Source: a virus. Taken from it: DNA of 64,000 bases. This document shows positions 39,447 through 48,746 of this stretch, one piece after another. Below the pieces are notes generated by a model that worked only from the letters and a program-made list of their open reading frames with translations, ran no database searches and had not been told where the DNA came from. Each line of letters starts with the position of its first letter. Positions within the stretch are counted from its first letter, which is position 1. The position numbers and the translations under genes are program-made. Location of the stretch: IMG/VR virus record IMGVR_UViG_3300009177_000720, one strand, 5' to 3'.

Positions 39447-39797
39447 TTAATGTCTCTTTCTTTTATCTTCAAGTTCGCGCTCTTCTGCGCAGGAAACGCA
39501 AGTTAAGAAATATGGATTGACAGATAATCTTTTCTCAGGAATGTCGTCTTCACAATCTTGGCAAAGACCGTACGTATTACTTTCGATACGTTTCAGTGCA
39601 TCACTGATTTGATTAAGTTTAGTATGATTTCTAGTATTGAGCTGATTATGTATCTCAATGATCAGGTTCCCTTGAATCTCGTCGGCCTCGTCCCCATCCG
39701 TGTCTATATCGGGATGTTGAGAAGACTTCTGGAGCAATTCATTTCTCTCATTTAACAATTGCTCTTTAATTTTCTTTAAAAAAGATTTCGTAAGCAT
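39447..39797 (-). CDS. dksA: DksA/TraR C4 zinc-finger protein
   Basis: GDEADE tip; ALKRI...YGLCQDCEDDIPEKRL...CVSC. Confidence 0.88.
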   Translation of the reverse strand: MLTKSFLKKIKEQLLNERNELLQKSSQHPDIDTDGDEADEIQGNLIIEIHNQLNTRNHTKLNQISDALKRIESNTYGLCQDCEDDIPEKRLSVNPYFLTCVSCAEERELEDKRKRH

Positions 39798-40177
39798 TAT
39801 ATGAACCTCAGATCGGAAATGGGAACCGTAATGGTTCCCTTCGGTGGTGGTAGCTTTTTATCGTCTACTCTTCTGATAAAGACTAAATATGCCTGGTTTT
39901 CAGGTTCTTTAAGCATAAAGGCGTTAACGTACCATTCATTGTAAATGGCTTTTTTGTTTTGATTCGTGAACTTAAGAGATCTAGTGTTTTCCAGCACCTG
40001 AGCCCTTTTCTTGAAAAAGGGGCCAAGCACGGATTTCGGAGAGCAAGAGAATTTGTCACTAAATACTTGCGTTGCTTCGGCCGGTGTATTAGCGGAAATA
40101 ATCTCTGTAATCAAGTTCCCGTCATCGGTTACACTAGCGCACACAAAAACTAGCGGTCGTGGTCCTTTTCTAGTCAT
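39797..40177 (-). CDS. Hypothetical protein
   Basis: ORF. Confidence 0.6.
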   Translation of the reverse strand: MTRKGPRPLVFVCASVTDDGNLITEIISANTPAEATQVFSDKFSCSPKSVLGPFFKKRAQVLENTRSLKFTNQNKKAIYNEWYVNAFMLKEPENQAYLVFIRRVDDKKLPPPKGTITVPISDLRFI

Positions 40178-40510
40178 TTAGTCATCCTTCAAAGTTTTGT
40201 CAACATCTAAGTTATTTACTAATTTTTTTCGTAACGCAGTCGCCAGCGTGAATCTCAAAATCTTTCGACCAGGAGATAACATTACCTTCTGATGTCTAAC
40301 ATCAAAATATCTCCTAGGTTTCATTTGCTTTAATGATAGAGTTCCAAAATTGAAAATTTTGATTGCACGACCCTGTTTCAAATCTTTAATAATCTCATCA
40401 AAAAGAATAGTAATAATACCTAGCACATGATAGTGGTGTACTAATCGATGAATCTTTCGATTAATATAATGCCACAACTTTCTTTTACTAATAGATAAAA
40501 CATTACTCAT
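40178..40510 (-). CDS. HU/IHF-family DNA-binding protein
   Basis: LKQGRAIKIFNFGTLSLK...RKILRF. Confidence 0.75.
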   Translation of the reverse strand: MSNVLSISKRKLWHYINRKIHRLVHHYHVLGIITILFDEIIKDLKQGRAIKIFNFGTLSLKQMKPRRYFDVRHQKVMLSPGRKILRFTLATALRKKLVNNLDVDKTLKDD

Positions 40511-40884
40511 TTCTTTTTGTATCTATCTTTATAGATGATTCTATATTTCCCAAGCTTGCGCCAAATTTTGTATTCTAATACTTCTTCGTATTTAGCTTTA
40601 GGCCCCTGCACATTACTGCGATTAAACCTTACTATTCCAAACCACTTCCATTGCCCTTCGTTGCGAGCCATCTCGGGAAAGTGGTTTAAATCAGCATGAT
40701 ACATTTCATCGTAATAGGCTTTACAGTAAGAACAAAGGCCAGGGAAAGTGTCATCAGCCGCCAAGGTATTAGTCTTCATATTCCTTGGAAAAGTTTTTGC
40801 ACAAATAGTACGATAGCTACCATTACCTAAACGATAGCTAACAATATGCATCTCTTTATCTTGCGGCATAATAACAACAAACAT
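40507..40884 (-). CDS. Hypothetical protein
   Basis: ORF. Confidence 0.55.
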   Translation of the reverse strand: MFVVIMPQDKEMHIVSYRLGNGSYRTICAKTFPRNMKTNTLAADDTFPGLCSYCKAYYDEMYHADLNHFPEMARNEGQWKWFGIVRFNRSNVQGPKAKYEEVLEYKIWRKLGKYRIIYKDRYKKK

Positions 40885-41351
40885 TAACTTTCCTTTAAAA
40901 CAAATTTCAGATACTCTTCAAATAACTCTCCACGTAACAAATGGGATCCGGATCTAAAAATTACCTTATACTCTAATAGTTGCTTAATACAGAATAAAAC
41001 GTCAGCACTTGAATAATTATCTTGCTTGATTACGTCTTCAGCCGTAATCACTCCGTGCTTAATAGCGTTACAGATTACGTTACAGATTTGTGGGTGTTGA
41101 ATCTTGAAGAATGACAGGGCCCTAGCTTCTTCTGACTTATTTGGTTTAACCGGTTTTTCAAAAGTAGCTATTACATCCAATAGTTTAGATCGTAACATTT
41201 TCTTGGATTCAAGTCTCTTAATCTCTTCATCAATATCTTTGATGGTATTTTGTGCATGATTCGCAATCTTCTCCGGCGTATCATATCCGAGCATAACGCA
41301 GTCAGATATGAATTCGCTTACGAATTGAGAATCAACTTTCTTGCCCTTCAT
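40884..41351 (-). CDS. Hypothetical protein, possible C-terminal winged HTH
   Basis: ORF; GAGG SD before MKGKK. Confidence 0.55.
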   Translation of the reverse strand: MKGKKVDSQFVSEFISDCVMLGYDTPEKIANHAQNTIKDIDEEIKRLESKKMLRSKLLDVIATFEKPVKPNKSEEARALSFFKIQHPQICNVICNAIKHGVITAEDVIKQDNYSSADVLFCIKQLLEYKVIFRSGSHLLRGELFEEYLKFVLKES

Positions 41352-41877
41352 ATTGATCCTCATAAAGAGTGTGATGAAAATTAATAAATGCCATCAGTTT
41401 CTCGAATTCATCTTTGTAATCGGAACACTTCGAATAGCCCAATCCAACATCCTTAATTTGTTCCATTCCAGCTAGAAAAGTAGCTTGTAGATAAGTGCTG
41501 CACTCAATCCAACTTTTACCATCCATGGAAACTGCGATTAGTGGCTCGGAATCAATTTCATCGCTAGAAACTAAATAAACACCATAAGTTGGTGCGTTTT
41601 TAAGGTGCACCAGTAGCGCGTATTCACGAATGGACTTATCTTCAGAACAATCTCCTAAAAGAATCTTAATTTCTTGTTGTTCTGCTGAGATTTGACAGCC
41701 CCAAACTTTATTTTTCTGAGCGTTACCATTTTCATCTGAAAATGAGATATTTTCCGAAAGTAAAAATCCTTTATCCATCAATGACTTAGTTTTATCGAAA
41801 TTGATAAATGCCGATGGAATAATCGCAAATCTTGCGAAAATGTGTTTAACAATAGCCTCCATCAGTTGTTTATTCAT
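41332..41877 (-). CDS. Hypothetical protein
   Basis: ORF. Confidence 0.6.
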   Translation of the reverse strand: MNKQLMEAIVKHIFARFAIIPSAFINFDKTKSLMDKGFLLSENISFSDENGNAQKNKVWGCQISAEQQEIKILLGDCSEDKSIREYALLVHLKNAPTYGVYLVSSDEIDSEPLIAVSMDGKSWIECSTYLQATFLAGMEQIKDVGLGYSKCSDYKDEFEKLMAFINFHHTLYEDQYEGQES

Positions 41878-42206
41878 CGACTAGCCTTCCTACCAATGAC
41901 CTGACGGAGTACATCTCTTAAATCAGGAACTACAAATTCTAATTTAGGCAACTCTGATAGAGACTTCTCAATGTAAGACTCAAATCTAAAAGGATCACCA
42001 GCTATTCGGCGCTTAGCTAATTCTTCCATACAGGCTAAGGCTATTTCTTTATAGCATCCAAAATACCTATCACAGACAATCATCTCACATAGTTTAGTTG
42101 ACTCGTAAGTCGGTATCTTATCTTTAACTTTATTGATGTCCATCTCCTGGAAGGTTAATTCCTCTTGAGTATCATCTAGTTCATCATCATAGTTATTGTC
42201 TGTCAT
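41874..42206 (-). CDS. Hypothetical protein
   Basis: ORF. Confidence 0.6.
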   Translation of the reverse strand: MTDNNYDDELDDTQEELTFQEMDINKVKDKIPTYESTKLCEMIVCDRYFGCYKEIALACMEELAKRRIAGDPFRFESYIEKSLSELPKLEFVVPDLRDVLRQVIGRKASR

Positions 42207-42546
42207 GGCGCCTCAAAGGGGGAGGGGTGGAAATTTTTACTTTCAGAGAGGGTAATATATGACCGTCTTTTCGATAGTCAAAGAAATGCAATTTGGTGTC
42301 AAAAAATAAGTTATTGAAATTCAAAACCTTTCCGAGGACCAGCAGGTCTCGTAAACTTTGAAAAATTGCTTTGACAATCAGGCTAACTTGCGGCTTATCA
42401 ATATAAGGATACCTAGCGTAAACTCTATTGACTAGTTCTTCATTGTACTTAAGGTTAACCGGATTCTCCTTATTGAGAATGTCTAACATCTGTTGATGAG
42501 TTAGATCCTTAAAGTAGAACGGTTTAACGGTCTTCGGTTTCTTCAT
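42193..42546 (-). CDS. Divergent HU/IHF-like protein
   Basis: EELVNRVYARYPYIDKPQVSLIVKAIFQSLRDLLVLGKVLNF resembles the IHF N-terminal helices. Confidence 0.5.
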   Translation of the reverse strand: MKKPKTVKPFYFKDLTHQQMLDILNKENPVNLKYNEELVNRVYARYPYIDKPQVSLIVKAIFQSLRDLLVLGKVLNFNNLFFDTKLHFFDYRKDGHILPSLKVKISTPPPLRRHDRQ

Positions 42547-42753
42547 GTTCTTCTGGCCCCGATCCAATATAACATATGATCCCCCTATAGATCCCCCAAG
42601 TTTTTGTCGAGAGTCAGTTCCCAAATGGAATAAATATTCTAATTATCATTAATTACAGGCAAGTTATATGCCAAATCACAGAATTCTCGCCCCAGAATAC
42701 TAATAAAACCATATCTTTCTGAATTTCACTAATCTTCGGTAAGTGGGTCACCT

Positions 42754-43197
42754 ATGGATAAATGTAGCAAAGTCGCAGCCTTGTACATAGCTACTCTTAA
42801 ATCAATCGCTTTAATTCATCAGCACAACCACTGGACTACCAGGGGAACTGCTTTTTATGGTGATCATTTATTGTTTGAAAGACTGTATAATTCCACATTA
42901 AAAGATGTAGACCTAGCTGCCGAAAAATTTATAGGATTATTTGGCGACAGCGTTCTGGACTACGACTTGCAAACCAGTCTTCTCAATAAAGTTCTTTCAA
43001 AGTATAGCAAGCTTGAAGGTTCTCCCGTGGAGATGTCGTTAGCGGTGGAGAAAGATTTTATAAAGTTCTCTAAAGACGCCTATGATTGCTTTGAGGAAGA
43101 GGGCAAGCTTAGTCTCGGTTTGGACGATATGGTAATGGCCATCGCCAGCCAAAGGGAAGAATCAGTGTATTTGTTACAACAAGTTCTAAAAGGATAA
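42754..43197 (+). CDS. Dps/ferritin-like protein
   Basis: HNHWTTRGTAFYGDHLLFERLY...DLAAEK. Confidence 0.8.
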   Translation: MDKCSKVAALYIATLKSIALIHQHNHWTTRGTAFYGDHLLFERLYNSTLKDVDLAAEKFIGLFGDSVLDYDLQTSLLNKVLSKYSKLEGSPVEMSLAVEKDFIKFSKDAYDCFEEEGKLSLGLDDMVMAIASQREESVYLLQQVLKG

Positions 43198-43200
43198 TCA

Positions 43201-44010
43201 ATGAATTCTAAAGATAAGCTAATTATTAGTAAACTAATCAAGGTAGCTGAAAAGCAACAAAATGCACTAACTAAGCTATCTCAAGTGGCTCAGGGCGATC
43301 CAGCTACTGTTAAGTACCTACAAGGCGCCTGGCAGACCGCAGCATTGAATAGCGGAGTTACTGCTGTTTCAACTCCAACCGTTACCTATCAGGGTTCTCA
43401 ACCTGCTGCCGGTAATGTGACTATGGGCGAATCTTACACGGTAAGTGGAGAGATTCCAGTTCAAAATAGGGAGTTGATGCAAAGAAACTTCGATAATCAG
43501 ATTAAGGCTCAAAAGCCAGATTTGACTGTATCAACCATTTTTAAGGATCCAGTTGGAGTTGCTAAGGCAGCATCTAAAGATCCTAAGAGCGTCATCCAGA
43601 AATTAATCAGCATTGCTGAAAAGCAACAGAAGATTATCTCTAAGCTAGCTCAGTTTGCTCCTGGTCTACCAGGTGACCCACTAGGTGATTTCGAACCACC
43701 TACTGCATCTAAGCCTGCTCCAACTCCTCCAAAGCCTCCAGCACCCCCAAAGCCAAAGGCCGCGCCAGCAGCTCCAGCAGGATTGCCAATGGATTTGAAG
43801 TCTGCCTTGGATAGAAACTTTTCTAATCTAAAAGGAAGCTTACTTGTCGCTGTTGACGGAAAAGATTTAAACGTCTCTTTCAATGCAGATAGAGTTAAGG
43901 ACCGTCCATCTGATCTAAAAGAAAAAATGAACAAAGCATTAGAGAGTGCTGGTTATACAGTATCCGCTATTGTTGGTCACATGAACCCAGCCTGGAAAGC
44001 TAACTATTAA
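43201..44010 (+). CDS. Hypothetical protein with two internal repeat modules
   Basis: IISKLIKVAEKQQNALTKLSQ and VIQKLISIAEKQQKIISKLAQ. Confidence 0.7.
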   Translation: MNSKDKLIISKLIKVAEKQQNALTKLSQVAQGDPATVKYLQGAWQTAALNSGVTAVSTPTVTYQGSQPAAGNVTMGESYTVSGEIPVQNRELMQRNFDNQIKAQKPDLTVSTIFKDPVGVAKAASKDPKSVIQKLISIAEKQQKIISKLAQFAPGLPGDPLGDFEPPTASKPAPTPPKPPAPPKPKAAPAAPAGLPMDLKSALDRNFSNLKGSLLVAVDGKDLNVSFNADRVKDRPSDLKEKMNKALESAGYTVSAIVGHMNPAWKANY

Positions 44011-44333
44011 AGTCTTCTAGGTAGTTTTAAATCGTCTGGGATAGAGTTATAAAACTCTGCATCACGATATTGTCTTGCAATGCTTAGACACTCGAATACG
44101 TTGATATTTTCCTTTAAAGATAAATGAGTTAGTGTTAGTAGGATCTCGCCCATTGTGCGAGATTTTACTTTTTGGCGCTCATCATCCGGAATATCCGTTT
44201 TCCCGTCTATTAATTTGTAGAGGTTAATCTTCATAGCCAATTCATCAAGAATGACGTTAACGGGTTCTTGCCCGCCCATTTCTTGGTGCAACTTTTCACA
44301 TTGCTCCCATAATTCTTCGAAATGAATTGCCAT
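44007..44333 (-). CDS. Hypothetical protein, degenerate MazG-like helical fold
   Basis: MGEILLTLTHLSLKENINVFECL. Confidence 0.4.
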   Translation of the reverse strand: MAIHFEELWEQCEKLHQEMGGQEPVNVILDELAMKINLYKLIDGKTDIPDDERQKVKSRTMGEILLTLTHLSLKENINVFECLSIARQYRDAEFYNSIPDDLKLPRRL

Positions 44334-44528
44334 TTAATCCTCTATTTCTTTATTATCCATTAAAGCAATTTGAAGCTGCTCGTCTCCCTTATCAGAAACG
44401 AAAACCAAAAAGACTGCCCCAATTGAACAATCAATCAACATGGGAGCCTTTACCTTCCCAACATAAAAGGTTTGCCCGTCAATATCCTTACGAGCCTTCA
44501 AATCAATAGTAATATTCTTATTTGACAT
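44334..44528 (-). CDS. Small hypothetical protein
   Basis: ORF in operon. Confidence 0.55.
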   Translation of the reverse strand: MSNKNITIDLKARKDIDGQTFYVGKVKAPMLIDCSIGAVFLVFVSDKGDEQLQIALMDNKEIED

Positions 44529-45379
44529 TATAGATTCCTTACATACTCGGCCATGCAGTTTTTAAGAGCTTCTTCAGATGGTGTCATGATGAAGCCGGCC
44601 CTCTTGAGTTTGTCACTGTTAATTATACAATTCGATCGCTTAGCAACCGTTAGACTATCCAGCTCTGCCTCATTAATAATTTCAAAGGAGTGCTCGGGTA
44701 CATACTTTTGATATTCTCTCATTACTTGAGCAGCGGTCACTGGCTCAGGATTGGTGACGTGATAAATACCTGTCTTGGCATTTTTAGCTGTCCAATCAAT
44801 GCAACGTACCAAGTCATCCATAAAGGTGACTGAGTTTGGAATATCAATAACTTGTTTATATCCTCGAACTTTGTTGATAAAGTTACGCTGATTATTTTGG
44901 GTTGAAATTGGCATTCTAATACGAAGTGTTGCAACATTATCCATGCCTCCCAAAACCAAATCACAGGCGTACTTTGTTCGAGAATAAAATGATTTTGGAT
45001 TGGCAAAATCATCTTCTCTCCAACCTGGATCTTTGGCTCCGGACATCTCGCCTCGATAGGGGGATGGTCCAAAGAAAATGCAACCAGAACCAACCTGAAT
45101 TAGATGGACTGAGTGTCGAGCGCATGCTTCAGCCAAGATAATTGGCAAGGCCGTATTAGTAGCGGCCGTTACTTCTTTATTGGATTCACACCAGTCAACA
45201 TTTGGACGACCGGTCTTACCAATACAGTTAATTAACACGTCTGGCTTGTAACGATTCAAGATAGAATCAACGAACACATTATCAGTGTCCATGCGCAAGT
45301 TCATCGAAATACGATCAGTAATCTTTGGATAGTTTAAATGGTCGGCAACAAAGCCAGCCCCAATGGTCATAATCTTCAT
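44528..45379 (-). CDS. NDP-4-keto-6-deoxyglucose epimerase/reductase (RmlD/NRS-ER-like SDR)
   Basis: GAGFVA, GKTGRPNVDWCE, GSGCIF, FYSRTK, LRIRMPI. Confidence 0.85.
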   Translation of the reverse strand: MKIMTIGAGFVADHLNYPKITDRISMNLRMDTDNVFVDSILNRYKPDVLINCIGKTGRPNVDWCESNKEVTAATNTALPIILAEACARHSVHLIQVGSGCIFFGPSPYRGEMSGAKDPGWREDDFANPKSFYSRTKYACDLVLGGMDNVATLRIRMPISTQNNQRNFINKVRGYKQVIDIPNSVTFMDDLVRCIDWTAKNAKTGIYHVTNPEPVTAAQVMREYQKYVPEHSFEIINEAELDSLTVAKRSNCIINSDKLKRAGFIMTPSEEALKNCMAEYVRNL

Positions 45380-45421
45380 GTTCCCTCAAATGAGTAAATG
45401 CTGCAATCAGCAGATACTATA

Positions 45422-46114
45422 TCACGTTGAGGGAATAGTTGTTTCGAAGGTGGCACTTGCATACCACATAACCAGTTCAATTACTTTTAATTGCATATTT
45501 ACATGCTGTTGAATAGCTGCACATAACAATTTAGAATCTTCAAATCCCCAATGAACAGCTAGTTGGTGTAGCTTGGCCGTACTGAGAACTTCAGATGAGA
45601 TGCCAATATTTCTACAAAGCTGCTTGGCCCCGCTCATTCCAATGACCGGAAGAACACATAACTTCTCAGGTGTGCTTAAGAAATTATCTTTGTAATTATC
45701 CCACCCAAATAACTTAATGCCACGATTGATGATGTCAGCACAAGTAATCAAAGCTTCGGTTTTCTTTTCGCTATTATTTAGCGAAATTAACTGAGGTTTT
45801 ATTTCCTCAATATTTGGAAAATTATTAAGGTCCCAGAAACATGTGTAAAAGGGACTTAGGCGTTTAGATAGCTCTGGAAAGAATCTGGATACCTCGTGTA
45901 AATTTTCATTAACACAACTTACAGACCAAGCATATTCTTCAAAGAAATTAGTGGGCGATAACTTAATAAAATGGGTTCTACTAAGCTTAGCTAACTGATC
46001 TTGATAATTAGTTTGGGCAAAGGCTATTGCCCTATTAAAATAATCCATATAACCCATCTCCATAGATGGTTTATATTTAGGATCAATTACCGGATTAGAT
46101 TTGAGTAATTCCAT
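45422..46114 (-). CDS. Hypothetical protein, degenerate helix-hairpin-helix (glycosylase-like)
   Basis: LCVLPVIGMSGAKQLCRNIG HhH-like segment; VIELVMWY. Confidence 0.45.
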   Translation of the reverse strand: MELLKSNPVIDPKYKPSMEMGYMDYFNRAIAFAQTNYQDQLAKLSRTHFIKLSPTNFFEEYAWSVSCVNENLHEVSRFFPELSKRLSPFYTCFWDLNNFPNIEEIKPQLISLNNSEKKTEALITCADIINRGIKLFGWDNYKDNFLSTPEKLCVLPVIGMSGAKQLCRNIGISSEVLSTAKLHQLAVHWGFEDSKLLCAAIQQHVNMQLKVIELVMWYASATFETTIPST

Positions 46115-46841
46115 GTTCTTTTTGGTAGAAGTAATGGTTAACATACCCAATGGACTCATGCGTTCCCGCATCGCTCCAAAGGCCCGGCACCATACTGTAT
46201 GATAGTTGGTCGTTTTCTAAATACTTGCGAAGAATATCTGTAATTTCGTACTCGCCTCGTGGACTTGGTTTAAGTTCGGCATAATAGTCAAAGAATGCCG
46301 GTGTAAAACAATAACATCCAGAAATTGCCATGTTAGTATAATTAGGATCCAGCTCATTTGGCTTCTCCTCAATTTTAACAACTTTTCCGTCAGAATCGAT
46401 TGATGCTACTCCAAAACGAGTCAAAGTCGGATGATTGGCTAAGAGCATTTGTGCTCTTGGATTTGTTTTCCAGTTAGGGTTATTCCAACGGGGTGCGTTC
46501 TCAAAAACGTTATCACCTAAGATAACGGAGAAGTCGGAATCATCATAAACAAATCTTTTACAAAGGCTGATTGCGTGAGCAATTCCTTTAGGTTCCGCCT
46601 GATACACGTAATTCAGGTTTAAACCATATCTGCTGCCATCTCCGAGATAGCCTGCTACTTGGGCGTAATGACTGCCTCCTAGGATGACAGTAACGTCCTG
46701 ACAACCCAATTGTTTTAATGTATTAATTGGATAATCTATAATGAATTTACCATTTAACCCTAATAAGTGTTTGTTCACTACATTAGTTAAAGGTGCTAAT
46801 CTTGATCCCGTACCACCAGCTAGAATAATACCGTTCTTCAT
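46095..46841 (-). CDS. rmlA: Glucose-1-phosphate thymidylyltransferase-like protein
   Basis: GIILAGGTGSRLAPLT, NKHLL, QAEPKGIA, LGDN, EEKP, SPRGEYEITD, WSDAGT. Confidence 0.9.
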   Translation of the reverse strand: MKNGIILAGGTGSRLAPLTNVVNKHLLGLNGKFIIDYPINTLKQLGCQDVTVILGGSHYAQVAGYLGDGSRYGLNLNYVYQAEPKGIAHAISLCKRFVYDDSDFSVILGDNVFENAPRWNNPNWKTNPRAQMLLANHPTLTRFGVASIDSDGKVVKIEEKPNELDPNYTNMAISGCYCFTPAFFDYYAELKPSPRGEYEITDILRKYLENDQLSYSMVPGLWSDAGTHESIGYVNHYFYQKEHGITQI

Positions 46842-46864
46842 AGAAAGGTATATATCAGATAAAT

Positions 46865-46940
46865 TGGTATCCCCGATTGGACTCGAACCAACATTAAACC
46901 AGTTTAGGAAACTGGCGCCTATCCTTTAGACTACGGGGAC
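46865..46940 (-). tRNA. tRNA-Arg(CCT)
   Basis: Cloverleaf; anticodon arm CCAGT-TTCCTAA-ACTGG; encoded CCA. Confidence 0.92.
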
Positions 46941-46950
46941 ATTGGCAATA

Positions 46951-47490
46951 TTATGCCTTTTGTTTACCAGGAGATACGATCATACTCATAAACTTACCTT
47001 CTAAGTTGACCGCTGGGCTGGGAACAATAAGTCCAGCAAGTTGTTGCTGAATCCACTCTAATTTATTTTTTCCAATATCAGGGTGAGTGATTTCACGGCC
47101 ACGGAAGCGGATAGTGAACTTAACCTTATTACCTTCAGATAAAAATCCCTTGGCCTGTTCAACCTTATGACTTAAATCGTTTTCATCCGTGTTTGGTCTG
47201 AAAGTCAGCTCTTTCAGTTCTTGATTCTGTTGATTCTTACGAGCGGCCTGTTGCTTTTTCTTCTCTTCGTATTTGAACTTACCATAGTCCATAATCTTAC
47301 AGACTGGTGGTACGGCTCGCGGATTAATTTCTACCAAATCCAGAGCTTGGTCCTGAGCCATCTTGAGGGCGTCTCGGGTTGCCATTACTCCTAGGTTAGC
47401 GCCATCGGCTCCAACCACTCTGATTTGGGGAATACGAATTTGCCAATTAGTGCGGATTCTATACTGTTGCTGTTGATTGTTATTCTGCAT
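46951..47490 (-). CDS. infC: Translation initiation factor IF-3
   Basis: LDLVEINP...PPVCKIMDYGKFKYE, GNKVK, FRGRE. Confidence 0.95.
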   Translation of the reverse strand: MQNNNQQQQYRIRTNWQIRIPQIRVVGADGANLGVMATRDALKMAQDQALDLVEINPRAVPPVCKIMDYGKFKYEEKKKQQAARKNQQNQELKELTFRPNTDENDLSHKVEQAKGFLSEGNKVKFTIRFRGREITHPDIGKNKLEWIQQQLAGLIVPSPAVNLEGKFMSMIVSPGKQKA

Positions 47491-47824
47491 GTTTCTTCTC
47501 TTGTAATACCTCTCTGGCTGCTGCCATTAAATCTTCCAAACGATTGGAAGTGTAGAACTCTCCCTTTATACCACGGGTGTTGTAAACTTTGTATCCTAAC
47601 AGTGTTAGTGTTCCAAACACCGAATCGTGTGACCAATCGCGGCCCCACTTATCTAGTCCGACACCTACTGCAAGTGGACAGAATTTTCCGTCTTCATAAT
47701 TAACTGAATCAAGAACCATTTCTCCTGGATAGTTAATAACTCTCTCTAATTGTTCAATAGTCAATTGACGTAATCCATTTTTAAGACCAATTTTTCTAGG
47801 ATCTTCTTGAGAGTTTGTTGACAT
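47480..47824 (-). CDS. Hypothetical protein
   Basis: ORF with GGAG SD. Confidence 0.6.
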   Translation of the reverse strand: MSTNSQEDPRKIGLKNGLRQLTIEQLERVINYPGEMVLDSVNYEDGKFCPLAVGVGLDKWGRDWSHDSVFGTLTLLGYKVYNTRGIKGEFYTSNRLEDLMAAAREVLQEKKHAE

Positions 47825-48263
47825 CTATTCCATACTCCTCTAAATGAGAAATGTCTAAAGTCCAGGTCTTTTTACTGCGCTCTGCCCAAACTTTAAAAGC
47901 TTCTGTTACATATTCTTCGGCTTTATTAATAGTCATTTTATTGACAGACATTAGGTGACGTAGCGCCCGCGCCTTTTTACCATTTATCTCGGCTAACCCG
48001 ATGTGTTTAACCATATGACAGTCCGGACATAAAGCTATCATGCCTTCTAATTTTTGAACTAACTTCTTATTATCGAAGCTCCAAATTTCATGACATTCTA
48101 CCGGATGCTTGGGGCCGACTCCTCCACAAATTTCGCAAACATTGTAAGCTTTTGAAGATACTTGTGATTTAAGATAGTCCCATTGTTTTTTAGACACAAT
48201 GGCCCTAACATTATTAGTCCAAGAAGTAGATGGTACCAATTCAATCGTAAGCTTAAGCTTCAC
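47796..48263 (-). CDS. HNH-like nuclease
   Basis: CEICG...ECHEIW...LCPDCHMVKH. Confidence 0.75.
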   Translation of the reverse strand: MKLKLTIELVPSTSWTNNVRAIVSKKQWDYLKSQVSSKAYNVCEICGGVGPKHPVECHEIWSFDNKKLVQKLEGMIALCPDCHMVKHIGLAEINGKKARALRHLMSVNKMTINKAEEYVTEAFKVWAERSKKTWTLDISHLEEYGIDVNKLSRRS

Positions 48264-48426
48264 GCTTACTCAATTTATAAATTAAGGAATACATTTCACT
48301 CTGAAGTTTTTCAGTAGAAATGGGTTTGCCATCAGAACTAGCCATTTTGACAGTGCCATGCCTATGTCTATTTTCTAGTTCTTCTCGGAGAGCATTAACT
48401 CTGGTTTGCATTTCAGTACGAGTCAT
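48253..48426 (-). CDS. Small hypothetical protein (57 aa, MTRTEMQTRV...)
   Basis: Open frame preceded by the GATATATA motif; below cutoff. Confidence 0.5.
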   Translation of the reverse strand: MTRTEMQTRVNALREELENRHRHGTVKMASSDGKPISTEKLQSEMYSLIYKLSKREA

Positions 48427-48449
48427 ACTTACTATATATCTTTATTGCC

Positions 48450-48523
48450 TGGGGTCCATGTGGGAGTCGAACCCACGACCAGAGAATTTAGAGGTCTCTG
48501 CTCTGCCGCTGAGCTAATGGACC
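48450..48523 (-). tRNA. Amber-suppressor tRNA (CUA) #1
   Basis: GGTCCAT/ATGGACC acceptor, GCTC/GAGC D stem, loop CT-CTA-AA, GTGGG-TTCGACT-CCCAC T arm, then CCA. Confidence 0.85.
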
Positions 48524-48529
48524 TAATTC

Positions 48530-48643
48530 CTACTTGGTTTCTTCGGCTTGACGATTTTCCAAGTAATTCTCGGTTACGCGCCAAACAACGCCAACCACCG
48601 TACCAATAACAACAGAAATTCCAAACAATGTTAATACGACCAT
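48530..48643 (-). CDS. 37-aa single-TM peptide between the two suppressor tRNAs
   Basis: GAGG SD; MVVLTLFGISVVIGTVVGVVWRV...; TAG stop. Confidence 0.5.
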   Translation of the reverse strand: MVVLTLFGISVVIGTVVGVVWRVTENYLENRQAEETK

Positions 48644-48669
48644 GATAACCTCACTTACTTAATATATAG

Positions 48670-48741
48670 CGCTTCCGGGGAATCCTGACATCCCAACCGT
48701 GCGTTTTAGAGACGCCCGCTCTTCCTTTGAGCTACGGAAGC
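48670..48741 (-). tRNA. Amber-suppressor tRNA (CUA) #2 with non-canonical T loop
   Basis: GCTTCCG/CGGAAGC acceptor, G73, GCTC/GAGC D stem, GCGT-CTCTAAA-ACGC; T loop GTCAGGA; CCA not encoded. Confidence 0.72.
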
Positions 48742-48746
48742 AAAAT

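Noticed and set aside
48450-48741. tRNA-Pyl / pyrrolysine system
   Set aside because: Both CUA tRNAs have standard D arms and 5-bp anticodon stems, and no pylS or pylBCD is in the window.
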